A stretch of DNA of 64,000 bases from an uncultured Candidatus Saccharibacteria bacterium (GTDB taxonomy: Bacteria; Patescibacteriota; Minisyncoccia; Phycocordibacterales; UBA1006). The translations under genes were made by a program, and so were the position numbers. Each line of letters starts with the position of its first letter. Position 1 is the first letter of the stretch. Location of the stretch: positions 119,073-183,072 of the forward strand of contig CAYQCC010000001.1 of the NCBI GenBank assembly GCA_964415895.1. Direction: 5' to 3'. Below the pieces are notes generated by a model. That model had not been told where the DNA came from and did not search any database. It saw only the letters and a list, made by a program, of their open reading frames with translations. Shown one piece after another: positions 20,153 to 29,208 of this stretch.

Positions 20153-21451
20153 CTACACCACATCCCCTAAATACGGAATACATAATTCCTTCCCTGTTTT
20201 CTTTATTTTCTCGAAAAACGACTTCTGACTGTGTGCGTCGCGATACGCTTTATCATCTGCATGATGCGCTTTCATTCCAGATGCAATAAATAGTGTATGT
20301 CTACCGTATTTTTTCGAAATAGAATCAATAGTTTTAAATACGTCTTCGTTATTACGAACAGAATCATGAATTCCAAACATATCTTCCTGAAGATGTTCAA
20401 CATGAATAAGTCGAGTTAAGTTAATGCCAGTGCTTCGATAGACTCGCCCTTTTGTATTAGTTGTATCAAACTGTTCTTTCAAATGGTTAATAATCACGCT
20501 TGGTGAATAGGTCGGCGTATCCAAGACAAATTCATTTGATTGATATCGCCGTTCTTTTGTTTTTAAAAACCACGATACACGATATGCCATTAGTCCATGA
20601 CGACGAGCTTTGATACATGCATTTTCAACATTACGAACTAATTCTGAAAATAACTCATTCCGGTCAGTTTTGTGCGGAATAAAACTTAATGTTTTCATAA
20701 TCGATTTTTGCGCTTCATGCTCAAGATTTACAGGAAACATCATTCGTCCATTCAATTCGTTCCAAATTTCAATCAATGGTTTATCGGCAAACTCGAAGAG
20801 TTTTTTCTCGGAAACCGCAGCAAACTTTCCAGCTGTATCGTATTCCATAAACTTTAGTTTTTCTGCTGTCCGATAACCAATACCCCAAATGTCACCAACA
20901 GGAATTTGTGATAGTGATTCGTGAATTAATTCCAGAGGAATAAGAGTCGTTCCATGTGGTTTTTTCCATTTCGAAGCAGTTTTTGCAATAACTTTTGTCG
21001 GGCCAACGCCAATCGATACTGAAATATTCATTTCCACATCGATATCATGTTGAATGTTTTTAATAATTTCCTCATACGTCATATTGTTTACTGCGCGATA
21101 TTTTGTAATGTCTGCAAAACATTCATCGATACTATATTCCTCGACTAAATCACTATAACGTCTAACAATTGCAAACATGCGCTTTGAATACATGGCATAT
21201 GCCTCGTAATCAGAATGAACAACTACCACCTGTGGAAATTCTTTTTTAATTTTAAATATAGGCATGGCTCGATTAACACCCAGACGTTTTGCTTCATACG
21301 ACATAGATGTTGCAATGCCTCGTTCATGTCCTGTTACCACTGGTTTGCCGCGAAGTTTTGGATTTTTCGCCGCTTCCACGGACGCAAAAAATGCATCAGC
21401 GTCTAGATGCATAATAGCCTGCGGGAATGATGTTTCGTCATAATCTTTCAT
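20153..21451 (-). CDS. dinB: Y-family DNA polymerase IV
   Basis: HLDADAFFASVE, SYEAK, SIDE, IWGIG. Confidence 0.93.
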   Translation of the reverse strand: MKDYDETSFPQAIMHLDADAFFASVEAAKNPKLRGKPVVTGHERGIATSMSYEAKRLGVNRAMPIFKIKKEFPQVVVVHSDYEAYAMYSKRMFAIVRRYSDLVEEYSIDECFADITKYRAVNNMTYEEIIKNIQHDIDVEMNISVSIGVGPTKVIAKTASKWKKPHGTTLIPLELIHESLSQIPVGDIWGIGYRTAEKLKFMEYDTAGKFAAVSEKKLFEFADKPLIEIWNELNGRMMFPVNLEHEAQKSIMKTLSFIPHKTDRNELFSELVRNVENACIKARRHGLMAYRVSWFLKTKERRYQSNEFVLDTPTYSPSVIINHLKEQFDTTNTKGRVYRSTGINLTRLIHVEHLQEDMFGIHDSVRNNEDVFKTIDSISKKYGRHTLFIASGMKAHHADDKAYRDAHSQKSFFEKIKKTGKELCIPYLGDVV

Positions 21452-22014
21452 GATTGATATTTACGAATGACTGCAATAACAACACCTTGAACACGTAATG
21501 ATTCTGTCGGATAAATATTATTGAAATCCTTGTTCGCTGGCTCTAGGTAGAATTCATTATTTTCTTTTCGTAAGTATTTCAATGTATATTCACCATCAAC
21601 TTCTGCCACAACAATAGTTCCGACCTTTGCGTTTTCTTTCCGTTCAATTAGCACCATGTCACCATCCAATATTCCCGCATCTTTCATAGATTCTCCTTTG
21701 ACTGACAACATGTACGTTGCTTCCTTATGATCGATCAATAATTCATCAAGCGACAGAGTGTTTGACGCATCCTCATCTGCAATCGTCGGAAAACCTGCTT
21801 CCACTGTTCCTAATAATTTAATATTTGAGAATGTTGGTCCTGGAACAATTTTACCCATATCACGCGAAAGAAACCCATCCGCGATGAGTTTTTCAACGAA
21901 ATACAATACTCCACCTTTTGATGCGTAACCTAATAAATCCTGCATTTCCCGATAGGTCGGCAAACGCTTATGATTTCTATAGAATTTTCTGATATCGAAT
22001 TTCGCAGTTTCCAT
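21448..22014 (-). CDS. lexA: LexA-family repressor
   Basis: PTYREM winged HTH, EAGFP cleavage site, GESM Ser, YTLK Lys. Confidence 0.9.
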   Translation of the reverse strand: METAKFDIRKFYRNHKRLPTYREMQDLLGYASKGGVLYFVEKLIADGFLSRDMGKIVPGPTFSNIKLLGTVEAGFPTIADEDASNTLSLDELLIDHKEATYMLSVKGESMKDAGILDGDMVLIERKENAKVGTIVVAEVDGEYTLKYLRKENNEFYLEPANKDFNNIYPTESLRVQGVVIAVIRKYQS

Positions 22015-22020
22015 GCATAC

Positions 22021-22049
22021 AGTATATTCGTACGGACGTACGGAGTCAA
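22021..22049 (-). promoter_or_regulatory. lexA-dinB sigma70 promoter with candidate operator
   Basis: TTGACT-17-TATACT; spacer holds CGTAC-N4-GTACG (22029-22042). Confidence 0.7.
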
Positions 22050-22054
22050 GCAAA

Positions 22055-22642
22055 TTAGATAAGATTCTTTAACGCAAATTCTTCATCGGTATATTCACCG
22101 TATATTGACCCTGATTCAAGTTCACTTGTCAGCTTTTTCAACTCTGAATCATCCAAAATGTGCAGATTCATTTCATTGGCAACATTCCTGATTTCTTCTT
22201 CTGCCTTCCCTTTCTGGCTTTCTGACTCAACCATAATTTCAAGTTCTACGTGAAAGCCCCATGATTGGGTGTATTTCAATGCGATTTCAACATTCTTATA
22301 AAGATAGTTCGTTCGGAACTGGAACGCTCTCATGATCTTTTCTGGCACTAACTGTTCACAAAACTTCTTTGATGTTTCAAACATTTCTGGATCAATTTTA
22401 AGTTCTGTTTCCTCGAAATGACTTTGTTCTCCGATACGTCCTGGTTTCAAAACCATTTTTGTTGCCATCGTTCCAGCGTTCTGAACAATCTTAATCACTT
22501 TGTCATTCCAAATATAAAAGAACGTATCTTTGTTGTCATTACCAAGAAGCTCCGCATATTCTTTTAGGAATGATTGTAGCGTTAAGAATTCCGCCTCTGT
22601 TAATAGTGCGCGGTATTCAATTTCGATTGTTTTTTGGTTCAT
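22055..22642 (-). CDS. CYTH-domain protein
   Basis: IEIEYR N-terminal motif, FEETEL, ELEIMV. Confidence 0.8.
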   Translation of the reverse strand: MNQKTIEIEYRALLTEAEFLTLQSFLKEYAELLGNDNKDTFFYIWNDKVIKIVQNAGTMATKMVLKPGRIGEQSHFEETELKIDPEMFETSKKFCEQLVPEKIMRAFQFRTNYLYKNVEIALKYTQSWGFHVELEIMVESESQKGKAEEEIRNVANEMNLHILDDSELKKLTSELESGSIYGEYTDEEFALKNLI

Positions 22643-22659
22643 ATGTTTAGTAATTTTTG

Positions 22660-23406
22660 TTAATTTCCTACAAAATACTTCCCTTTCCAGTCTTCTGTGA
22701 TGTTACTAAATCCACTGTTTGCAAATAACTCTTTTATTTTGATGAATATCTTTTCTTGAGTTTTAATATCACCAGTCGTCAAAATTGTTTTATAGTCTGC
22801 AATAAATTCATCAACATTCCATGGAAGCATTTTCAACGGATGATTGCGCAATTCCCATTCAAAATATTTATTATACGGTTTTACTCGTCCTTCAAGTGCG
22901 TACAACGCATCCATTAAATACGGCAGCGATTCACTCGCATCAATATGTGCAGGAAAATCATTGCCATCACGCCAATATTTTGCCGAACGATATACAGAAT
23001 TAATATAACTATCCAATGCGTTCTCAATAAACCCTTTCTTTTCTGCTTCTGGTAGGTTTCCCTTTTCAGCAACTAATTTCTGTATATCACCCGTTTTATC
23101 AAGAATCGCTTTATTATGCGTGTAGTTATATCGATCCCAAGCAAATTGAGTTTCCCAAACTGCATGATCTTGGAATTCCTGTAGAGTTTTTGCCCACACT
23201 TCAAATGTATCTGATTCAAGCGATTTAATCTTGTCTTTGATTTCCTGTGAGGCATTATCCGTCACAATAACAATAACATCATAATCTGAGTTTTCTGTGA
23301 TGAACGATTCATCTTTTCCACGTGAACCACCAAGAACAATGCCGATGATTTCAGGATTTTCTTGTGCTTCTGTAAGAAGTTGTGCGTATGTTTGGTCTGA
23401 GTTCAT
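22660..23406 (-). CDS. Pol-beta superfamily nucleotidyltransferase with helical C-terminal domain
   Basis: LGGSRG...SDYD. Confidence 0.8.
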   Translation of the reverse strand: MNSDQTYAQLLTEAQENPEIIGIVLGGSRGKDESFITENSDYDVIVIVTDNASQEIKDKIKSLESDTFEVWAKTLQEFQDHAVWETQFAWDRYNYTHNKAILDKTGDIQKLVAEKGNLPEAEKKGFIENALDSYINSVYRSAKYWRDGNDFPAHIDASESLPYLMDALYALEGRVKPYNKYFEWELRNHPLKMLPWNVDEFIADYKTILTTGDIKTQEKIFIKIKELFANSGFSNITEDWKGKYFVGN

Positions 23407-23416
23407 AAAATAATTA

Positions 23417-24307
23417 CTATTCGATTGGTGCCAAGAAAGATATTTTTCTTATTGGTAATAAAACCTTATCTTCATCTGTTAGATTAGCGTAATGCTGCTC
23501 CCAAAGATTAATGAAGTCATCTAGGTCAATTTTTTCTATATGTTTTCCTGATTCACGAATTGAAGTTAGCGAGTCAGAAGTAAAGCCTCCGCTTGAAACG
23601 ATGACACCTATATAACCTTCGCGATGAAGATTACCACCCAATGATTTTACTTCTGGACTTGAAACTTTATTTTCAACTCTATGTTTAACTTGAATCCTAA
23701 TTCTAGGAGACTCTGCGCCGATAGGGTCTTTATAGGCAACAACATCAATCCCGCCATCTGGTCCGCGAGGAGCGACAAACGGAGTATAGTATCCCATTCC
23801 TCGAAAAAGAGCGGCTACTAAATCTTGAAATTCATAAGGATTTAGTCTTGTAATAAATTTCTTAATTTCGTCACGCGCATCTGCTTCGGCCTGCTCAAAA
23901 CTTCTTCCTTGTACATTTTCAGATACAACTTCATTAATCGCTTCATCAGTTATTACTCCATCATTCCTTGTTGCACTCATTGAATCTTTATATCTTTGCT
24001 CTAGGATTTCTCGAAATTTCTTAGGTTCGAGCTTTAATGCCTCTTTCCCTTCGTCGGTAAGATACCAAATACCTTTGCTTTTCCGGATCCATGCAGCCCT
24101 TACTAAACCAATAGAAGCGAATTGAAAAACCTTGACCCATCGAGGAGCCACTCCATCCTTTATTTCCTTTTCTTCATGAGAGAAGGAAATCTTATTTTCT
24201 AGTTCCTTTAAGATCTGCTTTACTGGTAACTCACCTTCATTCTTATCAAGAATTTGAAGAGCTGCTATTAAATATTCTTTTACCCGATCTTGTGTAAATT
24301 GTGCCAT
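23417..24307 (-). CDS. mrr: Mrr-family type IV restriction endonuclease
   Basis: Winged-helix N-terminus (KGIWYLTDEG), EFQDLV, DGGID, IQVK. Confidence 0.9.
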   Translation of the reverse strand: MAQFTQDRVKEYLIAALQILDKNEGELPVKQILKELENKISFSHEEKEIKDGVAPRWVKVFQFASIGLVRAAWIRKSKGIWYLTDEGKEALKLEPKKFREILEQRYKDSMSATRNDGVITDEAINEVVSENVQGRSFEQAEADARDEIKKFITRLNPYEFQDLVAALFRGMGYYTPFVAPRGPDGGIDVVAYKDPIGAESPRIRIQVKHRVENKVSSPEVKSLGGNLHREGYIGVIVSSGGFTSDSLTSIRESGKHIEKIDLDDFINLWEQHYANLTDEDKVLLPIRKISFLAPIE

Positions 24308-24339
24308 ATTATTATATTATACTATTAATAAGGCAATTA

Positions 24340-24368
24340 CAAAAATACCCGTAAAAGGGTATTTTTGT
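24340..24368. terminator. Bidirectional terminator-like hairpin
   Basis: CAAAAATACCC-gtaaaa-GGGTATTTTTG. Confidence 0.7.
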
Positions 24369-24518
24369 TGCGGGCACTTAAAAACTATTAACGTAAATTC
24401 ATCGCGTTGAATCAGCGGATTCGTAAGTCTGTCATAAGCGCTTATTATTGTTGACGTTCAGTCAGACAGCACTTCTTATTTTTTCTGAGCTTGATATGAC
24501 GAAGAAGATCGATGAAAT

Positions 24519-24551
24519 ACAATAAAACCGCTTATTCGGCGGTTTTATTGT
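24519..24551. terminator. Bidirectional terminator-like hairpin
   Basis: ACAATAAAACCGC/GCGGTTTTATTGT. Confidence 0.7.
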
Positions 24552-24847
24552 ATTTCATCTTTTTGTTCTATTTTTAAATATTCATTTTCATCTTCAGATT
24601 CTCCGTCTTTGTTCCGTGCTTCACGTTCCATAATAATTGTTATAATGTTGTCTTTTTTTCCAAGAAGTGCAAGTGGCAAGAATATACAACCTAAGCAACA
24701 GGTAGATCCTGTAGACCATCCTTGGTGTGAGACTTCCTTGCTTTTCAGCTCCCAGCCTTCTTCTGCAAGACGGTCGAGTTCAGATGCCAGTTTTTTGCGA
24801 CCCTGAGCCGTGTCATAAAAATTAAATGTTTTATATTCTTTTGCCAT
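24545..24847 (-). CDS. Small protein with Cys-rich hydrophobic segment
   Basis: LDRLAEEGWEL then TCCLGCIFLPLALLG. Confidence 0.7.
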   Translation of the reverse strand: MAKEYKTFNFYDTAQGRKKLASELDRLAEEGWELKSKEVSHQGWSTGSTCCLGCIFLPLALLGKKDNIITIIMEREARNKDGESEDENEYLKIEQKDEIQ

Positions 24848-24854
24848 ATAATAG

Positions 24855-25085
24855 TTAGTGCTTAATTAATACTTTTCTCGACTTATAATATGCATTGACA
24901 GGGTTGCAGCTAAGGAGTCGATACACGACCATAACCAACGCTTTCGGTAGCCAGTATTTACTGAGGACATTGAGTGCGTAATTCGAACAGCTTGGATGAA
25001 ATATACATTTAATGCCTTGATCTTGCAATGCTGGAGACCATTCACGCTGATATTTTTTAATAAGGTTTATAATGCTTAATTTCAT
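24855..25085 (-). CDS. yidD: YidD-like protein (membrane protein insertion efficiency factor family)
   Basis: YQ..SP, CIFHPSCSNY, RLLSCNP. Confidence 0.8.
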   Translation of the reverse strand: MKLSIINLIKKYQREWSPALQDQGIKCIFHPSCSNYALNVLSKYWLPKALVMVVYRLLSCNPVNAYYKSRKVLIKH

Positions 25086-25106
25086 GGTTATTAAAAGAAA
25101 TACTAC

Positions 25107-25180
25107 TGGCTGTCAGACTTGGACTCGAACCAAGATAAACGGCACCAAAAACCGTTGTCCTACCATTAGACGATCTGACA
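25107..25180 (-). tRNA. tRNA-Gln(UUG)
   Basis: Cloverleaf TGTCAGA/TCTGACA, anticodon loop TT-TTG-GT, GGTTCGAGTCC, encoded CCA. Confidence 0.95.
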
Positions 25181-25203
25181 ATATTAAATGCCCCGAAAGG
25201 CCT

Positions 25204-26241
25204 TTAATGATTGGTATTATTACTTAAAATCTCGATAATTGCAAGTTCGGCTGGGATCGCGGGAATGGTCGAACGTTTAGATTCCTCGTAGGCTCGCAGG
25301 AAACGTGCAAGTAAATCCGACGTTACAACGCCCTGTGATGACCAAGCCTCTATCGTTGCAACATGCTCATCGGACAAATCGTCCTGTGCAGCCTTCCACA
25401 ACCTTGGTGCATGGCGGACATACAACACTGTTCGCATAATTTGAAGTAATTTGTTTAAAAATTCTGACAGATTCTTTCCGTCACCTGAAACTGTGTTTAA
25501 AGTTTGAAACAACTTATCAGAATCATATGCCGCAAGCGCTGTGACAAACTCAAACGCAAGATAATCTGAGGCACGAAGTCCTAGTCTTTGAATATCTGCA
25601 TCACCAATATCATGCCCAGTTGATTGTTCCAAGACTTGATCAAGTAATACTAACGCATCGCGAAACGAACCATTTGCACGTTCTGCAAGTAATAATGCAT
25701 GTTCACGAGAAATTGATTTTTCTTCCAGATTTCCAATATCAATAATCTGATCTGCTAGCACATTTGTAGATGGCTTTTTTAAATACACAATCTGACACCG
25801 TGACAATACTGTCGGAAGAACTTTATTCAGTTCTGTTGTCGCAAGGACAAAGATCACATGTCGTGGTGGCTCTTCAAGAGTTTTCAAAAATGTATTGAAT
25901 GATTCATTGGTCAGCATGTGAACCTCATCCAAGATATACAATTTGTAAGGTGATGAAATTGGAAGTGTTAGGACATCATTCAACAGCTCTCGCATGTTTT
26001 CTACCTTTCGATATGACGCGGCGTCAATTTCATAGATATCGTGCGCATCAATTCCAAGAGATTTCCCAAAGATTCGCGCAAGGGTTGTTTTTCCAATTCC
26101 GCGCGATCCAGTTAGTAAGATTGCGTGCGGTACACGTCCAGATTGTGCGATAGATTCCAAATAAGAAACAGCGTCAGATTGTCCGCGAACATCAGCAAAG
26201 CTTGCTGGTCGGTATTTTCGGTAAAGTGCGAGATGTGACAT
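25204..26241 (-). CDS. dnaX: DNA polymerase III gamma/tau
   Basis: LYRKYRP, GSRGIGKTT, DEVHML, LKTLEEPP, SRC. Confidence 0.95.
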   Translation of the reverse strand: MSHLALYRKYRPASFADVRGQSDAVSYLESIAQSGRVPHAILLTGSRGIGKTTLARIFGKSLGIDAHDIYEIDAASYRKVENMRELLNDVLTLPISSPYKLYILDEVHMLTNESFNTFLKTLEEPPRHVIFVLATTELNKVLPTVLSRCQIVYLKKPSTNVLADQIIDIGNLEEKSISREHALLLAERANGSFRDALVLLDQVLEQSTGHDIGDADIQRLGLRASDYLAFEFVTALAAYDSDKLFQTLNTVSGDGKNLSEFLNKLLQIMRTVLYVRHAPRLWKAAQDDLSDEHVATIEAWSSQGVVTSDLLARFLRAYEESKRSTIPAIPAELAIIEILSNNTNH

Positions 26242-26298
26242 ATAACGGCAATTATAACAGATTCCAAGTAATAAAAAAGCCTCTACAAAGTGAGGTAA

Positions 26299-26329
26299 AC
26301 CCGCACACCCAGCAGCTGGGTGTGCGGGT
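26299..26329. repeat. Perfect GC-rich palindrome; partial second copy at 27832-27858
   Basis: ACCCGCACACCCAGC-A-GCTGGGTGTGCGGGT. Confidence 0.8.
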
Positions 26330-26479
26330 AAATAAAAAACCAATCTTTAAAAAAAGAAAGGCGTCTTAGTGTGGTTTAAAAATCAAACCACTTTGTGAGG
26401 AAGTTATATTTGATTGAAGAACTCTCCTACCCACATAATACCAAATACGAGCAATAACAGCAACAATCTGGCAGGAAAC

Positions 26480-26488
26480 TGTGGATAA
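26480..26488 (-). promoter_or_regulatory. Perfect DnaA box
   Basis: TGTGGATAA is the reverse complement of TTATCCACA; upstream of dnaX. Confidence 0.5.
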
Positions 26489-26686
26489 CTTCAGCGTTTA
26501 TTTATAAGCCTGGAAACAAAAAAAGTATTAGAAGGGTTTAATTTCCAATACTCTTTAGAAAAGTCTGCCGACAATTAACATTTCTGAGGTCTGTCGCATG
26601 TGAGAATAATACTGATGACGACCTTGTGGTACACAGACACTGTATGCTTAAAAAACATATTTTCTTACAGGCAGTCTATCACACCA

Positions 26687-27796
26687 TTACACATTTGTCA
26701 AAGTTTCTTTTTGAGTAGCAAGAAACTCATTAACAATCTGTGAGACCTCGTTAATACTTTTAGACTCCATTAATTTAATTCGCAATTCCTTTGCACCAGG
26801 AAACCCAGTCGCATACGCTTTGTAATGTTTTTTCATCACGGCAAAGTTTTTAACATCGCCCAACAATTCATCAAATAATCGTGAATGTTCTACCATTACA
26901 TGTAATTTATCAGAAAGTGGAATGTCTGAAATAGTATATCGACTGTCACCCATTATTTTCTTTGACCATTTGTTTGGAAGTAGTCGCAAGAAGATATTCT
27001 GTTTCCATGTTCCCTTTTTCTTGATAGAAATATCTTTGTTGAAGATCCATGGATTACCAAACAGTGCACGTCCAATCATAATTCCATCACAATGCGTTTC
27101 CTTACATTTTTCAATTCCATCGTTCATATCCGACACATCACCGTTTCCGATGATTAATGTATCTGGCGCGATTTTATCACGAAGTTTTACAACACGGCGC
27201 ACATAATCCCAATTTGCAGGAACTTGTGATAAATCTTTTCGAGTTCGCGCATGAATCGTCAGCGTTGCAAGATCTTGTTCAAGGACTGTTTTAATCCACG
27301 TATCAATTTCGTCCTTACTATATCCAACACGAGTTTTTACGGATAGCGGAATACTCTTTCCTGCGTCAGCAATTCCCTGCTTTGCAGCTTTAATAATTTC
27401 TATGGCAACATCGGGCGTTTTAATCATTGCAGAACCACATCCTTGTTTTTCGATTGTTTTATCAGGACAACCCATATTGATATCGATTCCATCAAACCCA
27501 AGTTCGGCACACAATTTACATGCAGTACGCATATTATCTGGATTACTCGAAAACAATTGCGCAACAATAGGTCGTTCCGCTTCTGAATACTTTAAATCTA
27601 TCAACAGCTTCTCTCGTCCTTTTGGGTGACATAATCCGTCCGCAGATACGAATTCGGTCCAAGTAACATCAGGTTTTCCATATTTAGCGATGATACGCCG
27701 GAATGCTGGATCAGTTACATCTGCCATCGGTGCAAGCACAAAAAACGGCTTTCCCGTTTCGTGTCGATACTGTTTTAGTTTATGCCAAAAGTTCAT
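26687..27796 (-). CDS. dus: tRNA-dihydrouridine synthase
   Basis: LAPMADVTD, DINMGCP, HART, GNGD, GIMIGR. Confidence 0.95.
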   Translation of the reverse strand: MNFWHKLKQYRHETGKPFFVLAPMADVTDPAFRRIIAKYGKPDVTWTEFVSADGLCHPKGREKLLIDLKYSEAERPIVAQLFSSNPDNMRTACKLCAELGFDGIDINMGCPDKTIEKQGCGSAMIKTPDVAIEIIKAAKQGIADAGKSIPLSVKTRVGYSKDEIDTWIKTVLEQDLATLTIHARTRKDLSQVPANWDYVRRVVKLRDKIAPDTLIIGNGDVSDMNDGIEKCKETHCDGIMIGRALFGNPWIFNKDISIKKKGTWKQNIFLRLLPNKWSKKIMGDSRYTISDIPLSDKLHVMVEHSRLFDELLGDVKNFAVMKKHYKAYATGFPGAKELRIKLMESKSINEVSQIVNEFLATQKETLTNV

Positions 27797-27911
27797 AGCT
27801 CTACAATACTTGATTACAGCTTTTTGTAAATCCGCACACCCAGAATCTGAGTATGTGCACAAAAAAAAGACCGATTATCGGCCTTAATGTTTGTGACTGT
27901 AGTAAATAGCA

Positions 27912-28184
27912 TTACGCAACTAAAGCTTCTACATGCTCTTTTTGAAGTTTTTCACCCAACGCATTAAGCTTATGGCAGAAACCCTGAAACTCGCCACCTA
28001 TATGATGATTTCCACCTATAAGTATGCCATGTTCTTTGAACTCTTTGATTTCCTTCCACCATTGCTGGCGAAATTCAGCATCATGCTTATCTTTAAAAAT
28101 TCTATTAGGTCCTCTACCTGCTTTTGTCGCAAGTGCTTTCAAAAAAGCAATTTCTTGATCTGTTAATTGAACGTCTATCTTCAT
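27912..28184 (-). CDS. Hypothetical protein (ORFan)
   Basis: 90 aa; TTGACA-17-TATTAT promoter. Confidence 0.6.
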   Translation of the reverse strand: MKIDVQLTDQEIAFLKALATKAGRGPNRIFKDKHDAEFRQQWWKEIKEFKEHGILIGGNHHIGGEFQGFCHKLNALGEKLQKEHVEALVA

Positions 28185-28238
28185 TTTAATTTATTTTAAT
28201 TAAAATGAATAATACTTCTATTCAATCTTTTTGTCAAA

Positions 28239-29147
28239 CTAGTCAGAATTTGGTTCTGCAGTATTCTCTATTGGTTTTTGATTGCTGATAAACTTATAGA
28301 AAATCTTTCCTGGAAAACGCATATCGATATAGTCCAAATCTTTTGGGTTTGCAATAAACTGTTTCTTGAAGGCGTCATTGGAAAGTCCTGTGATCATATC
28401 GCGAACAAAAACCTCGTCATCCTGATTAAATGTACCCAGTAATCGTGAAGTATTATTAGTATAGACTCCAAATAACTTATCGATTGAAAATCCAATATCA
28501 CCGTCTTCATAAAACATAATTTTTGAAAGACCTATCTCGTTTGTTTCAAGTCGCAAAAATAGTTCAGTAAACCGATTCATGATCGCAGGCTCCAATACCA
28601 CTGTTCCGAACTTCTTATACGACGGATCGTTTAATTGTGACTGAAACACAACATACACACCTTCGGAAAACTTTGGAGCTTTCGCATATAGAATTCCCTG
28701 TTCATTTACGAATCCACACGTATCGTCTGTAAAACACCATGTGACGTTCGGTTTTCGTTCCTGAATATGAATTTCAAGCTTATCAGGTTCTGGCAATGTT
28801 ATATATGCAACCGCAATAACAGGAAATTTCTTTTTAAGTTCTGATTCAAAATTATCCTTTGAAAATAATATTGTGCTTGATTTTGGAATTGATTTGAAAT
28901 GTGTTCCTTTCCAGTATTCATGAGTAAACGCAATCACATCATCTGCGGAAAAAGTTGTTGTGCCAAATACATCTACTGATTGAAATTGATATTTATTGCT
29001 ACGCAGAACTGCGATAACACCAACGGTTATTAATACACCCATCAAGATAAGTAAAAATAATATTTTTACAATAAATGAACCAGCTGTTTGCTTTTTTGGT
29101 TTAGGCTGACCGATTTTTCCAAGTGTTAATGCTTTCTCTGCTTCCAT
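28239..29147 (-). CDS. ftsQ: FtsQ/DivIB-like cell division protein
   Basis: TM, POTRA-like region, I.ERKP, C-terminal YIDMRF..KIFYK. Confidence 0.75.
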   Translation of the reverse strand: MEAEKALTLGKIGQPKPKKQTAGSFIVKILFLLILMGVLITVGVIAVLRSNKYQFQSVDVFGTTTFSADDVIAFTHEYWKGTHFKSIPKSSTILFSKDNFESELKKKFPVIAVAYITLPEPDKLEIHIQERKPNVTWCFTDDTCGFVNEQGILYAKAPKFSEGVYVVFQSQLNDPSYKKFGTVVLEPAIMNRFTELFLRLETNEIGLSKIMFYEDGDIGFSIDKLFGVYTNNTSRLLGTFNQDDEVFVRDMITGLSNDAFKKQFIANPKDLDYIDMRFPGKIFYKFISNQKPIENTAEPNSD

Positions 29148-29208
29148 AATAAAAATAGTATAACAGAAAAAACCACGCAACGCATGGTTTTTTCTTGAAA
29201 GAAAAAAA

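Noticed and set aside
24460-24470. att duplicate of the tRNA-Gln 3' end
   Set aside because: Mismatched and in inverted orientation
24368-24500. Group I intron P/Q/R/S look-alikes (TTGCGGG, AATCAGC, GTTCAG, GATATGAC)
   Set aside because: P4 and P7 pairings could not be built and there is no host gene
26270-26460. SRP RNA upstream of dnaX
   Set aside because: No CAGG..GGAA..AGCA domain IV motif
26480-26488. Replication origin
   Set aside because: A single DnaA box, no cluster and no dnaA nearby
26611-26640. Hammerhead ribozyme (CTGATGA)
   Set aside because: No GAAA after stem II
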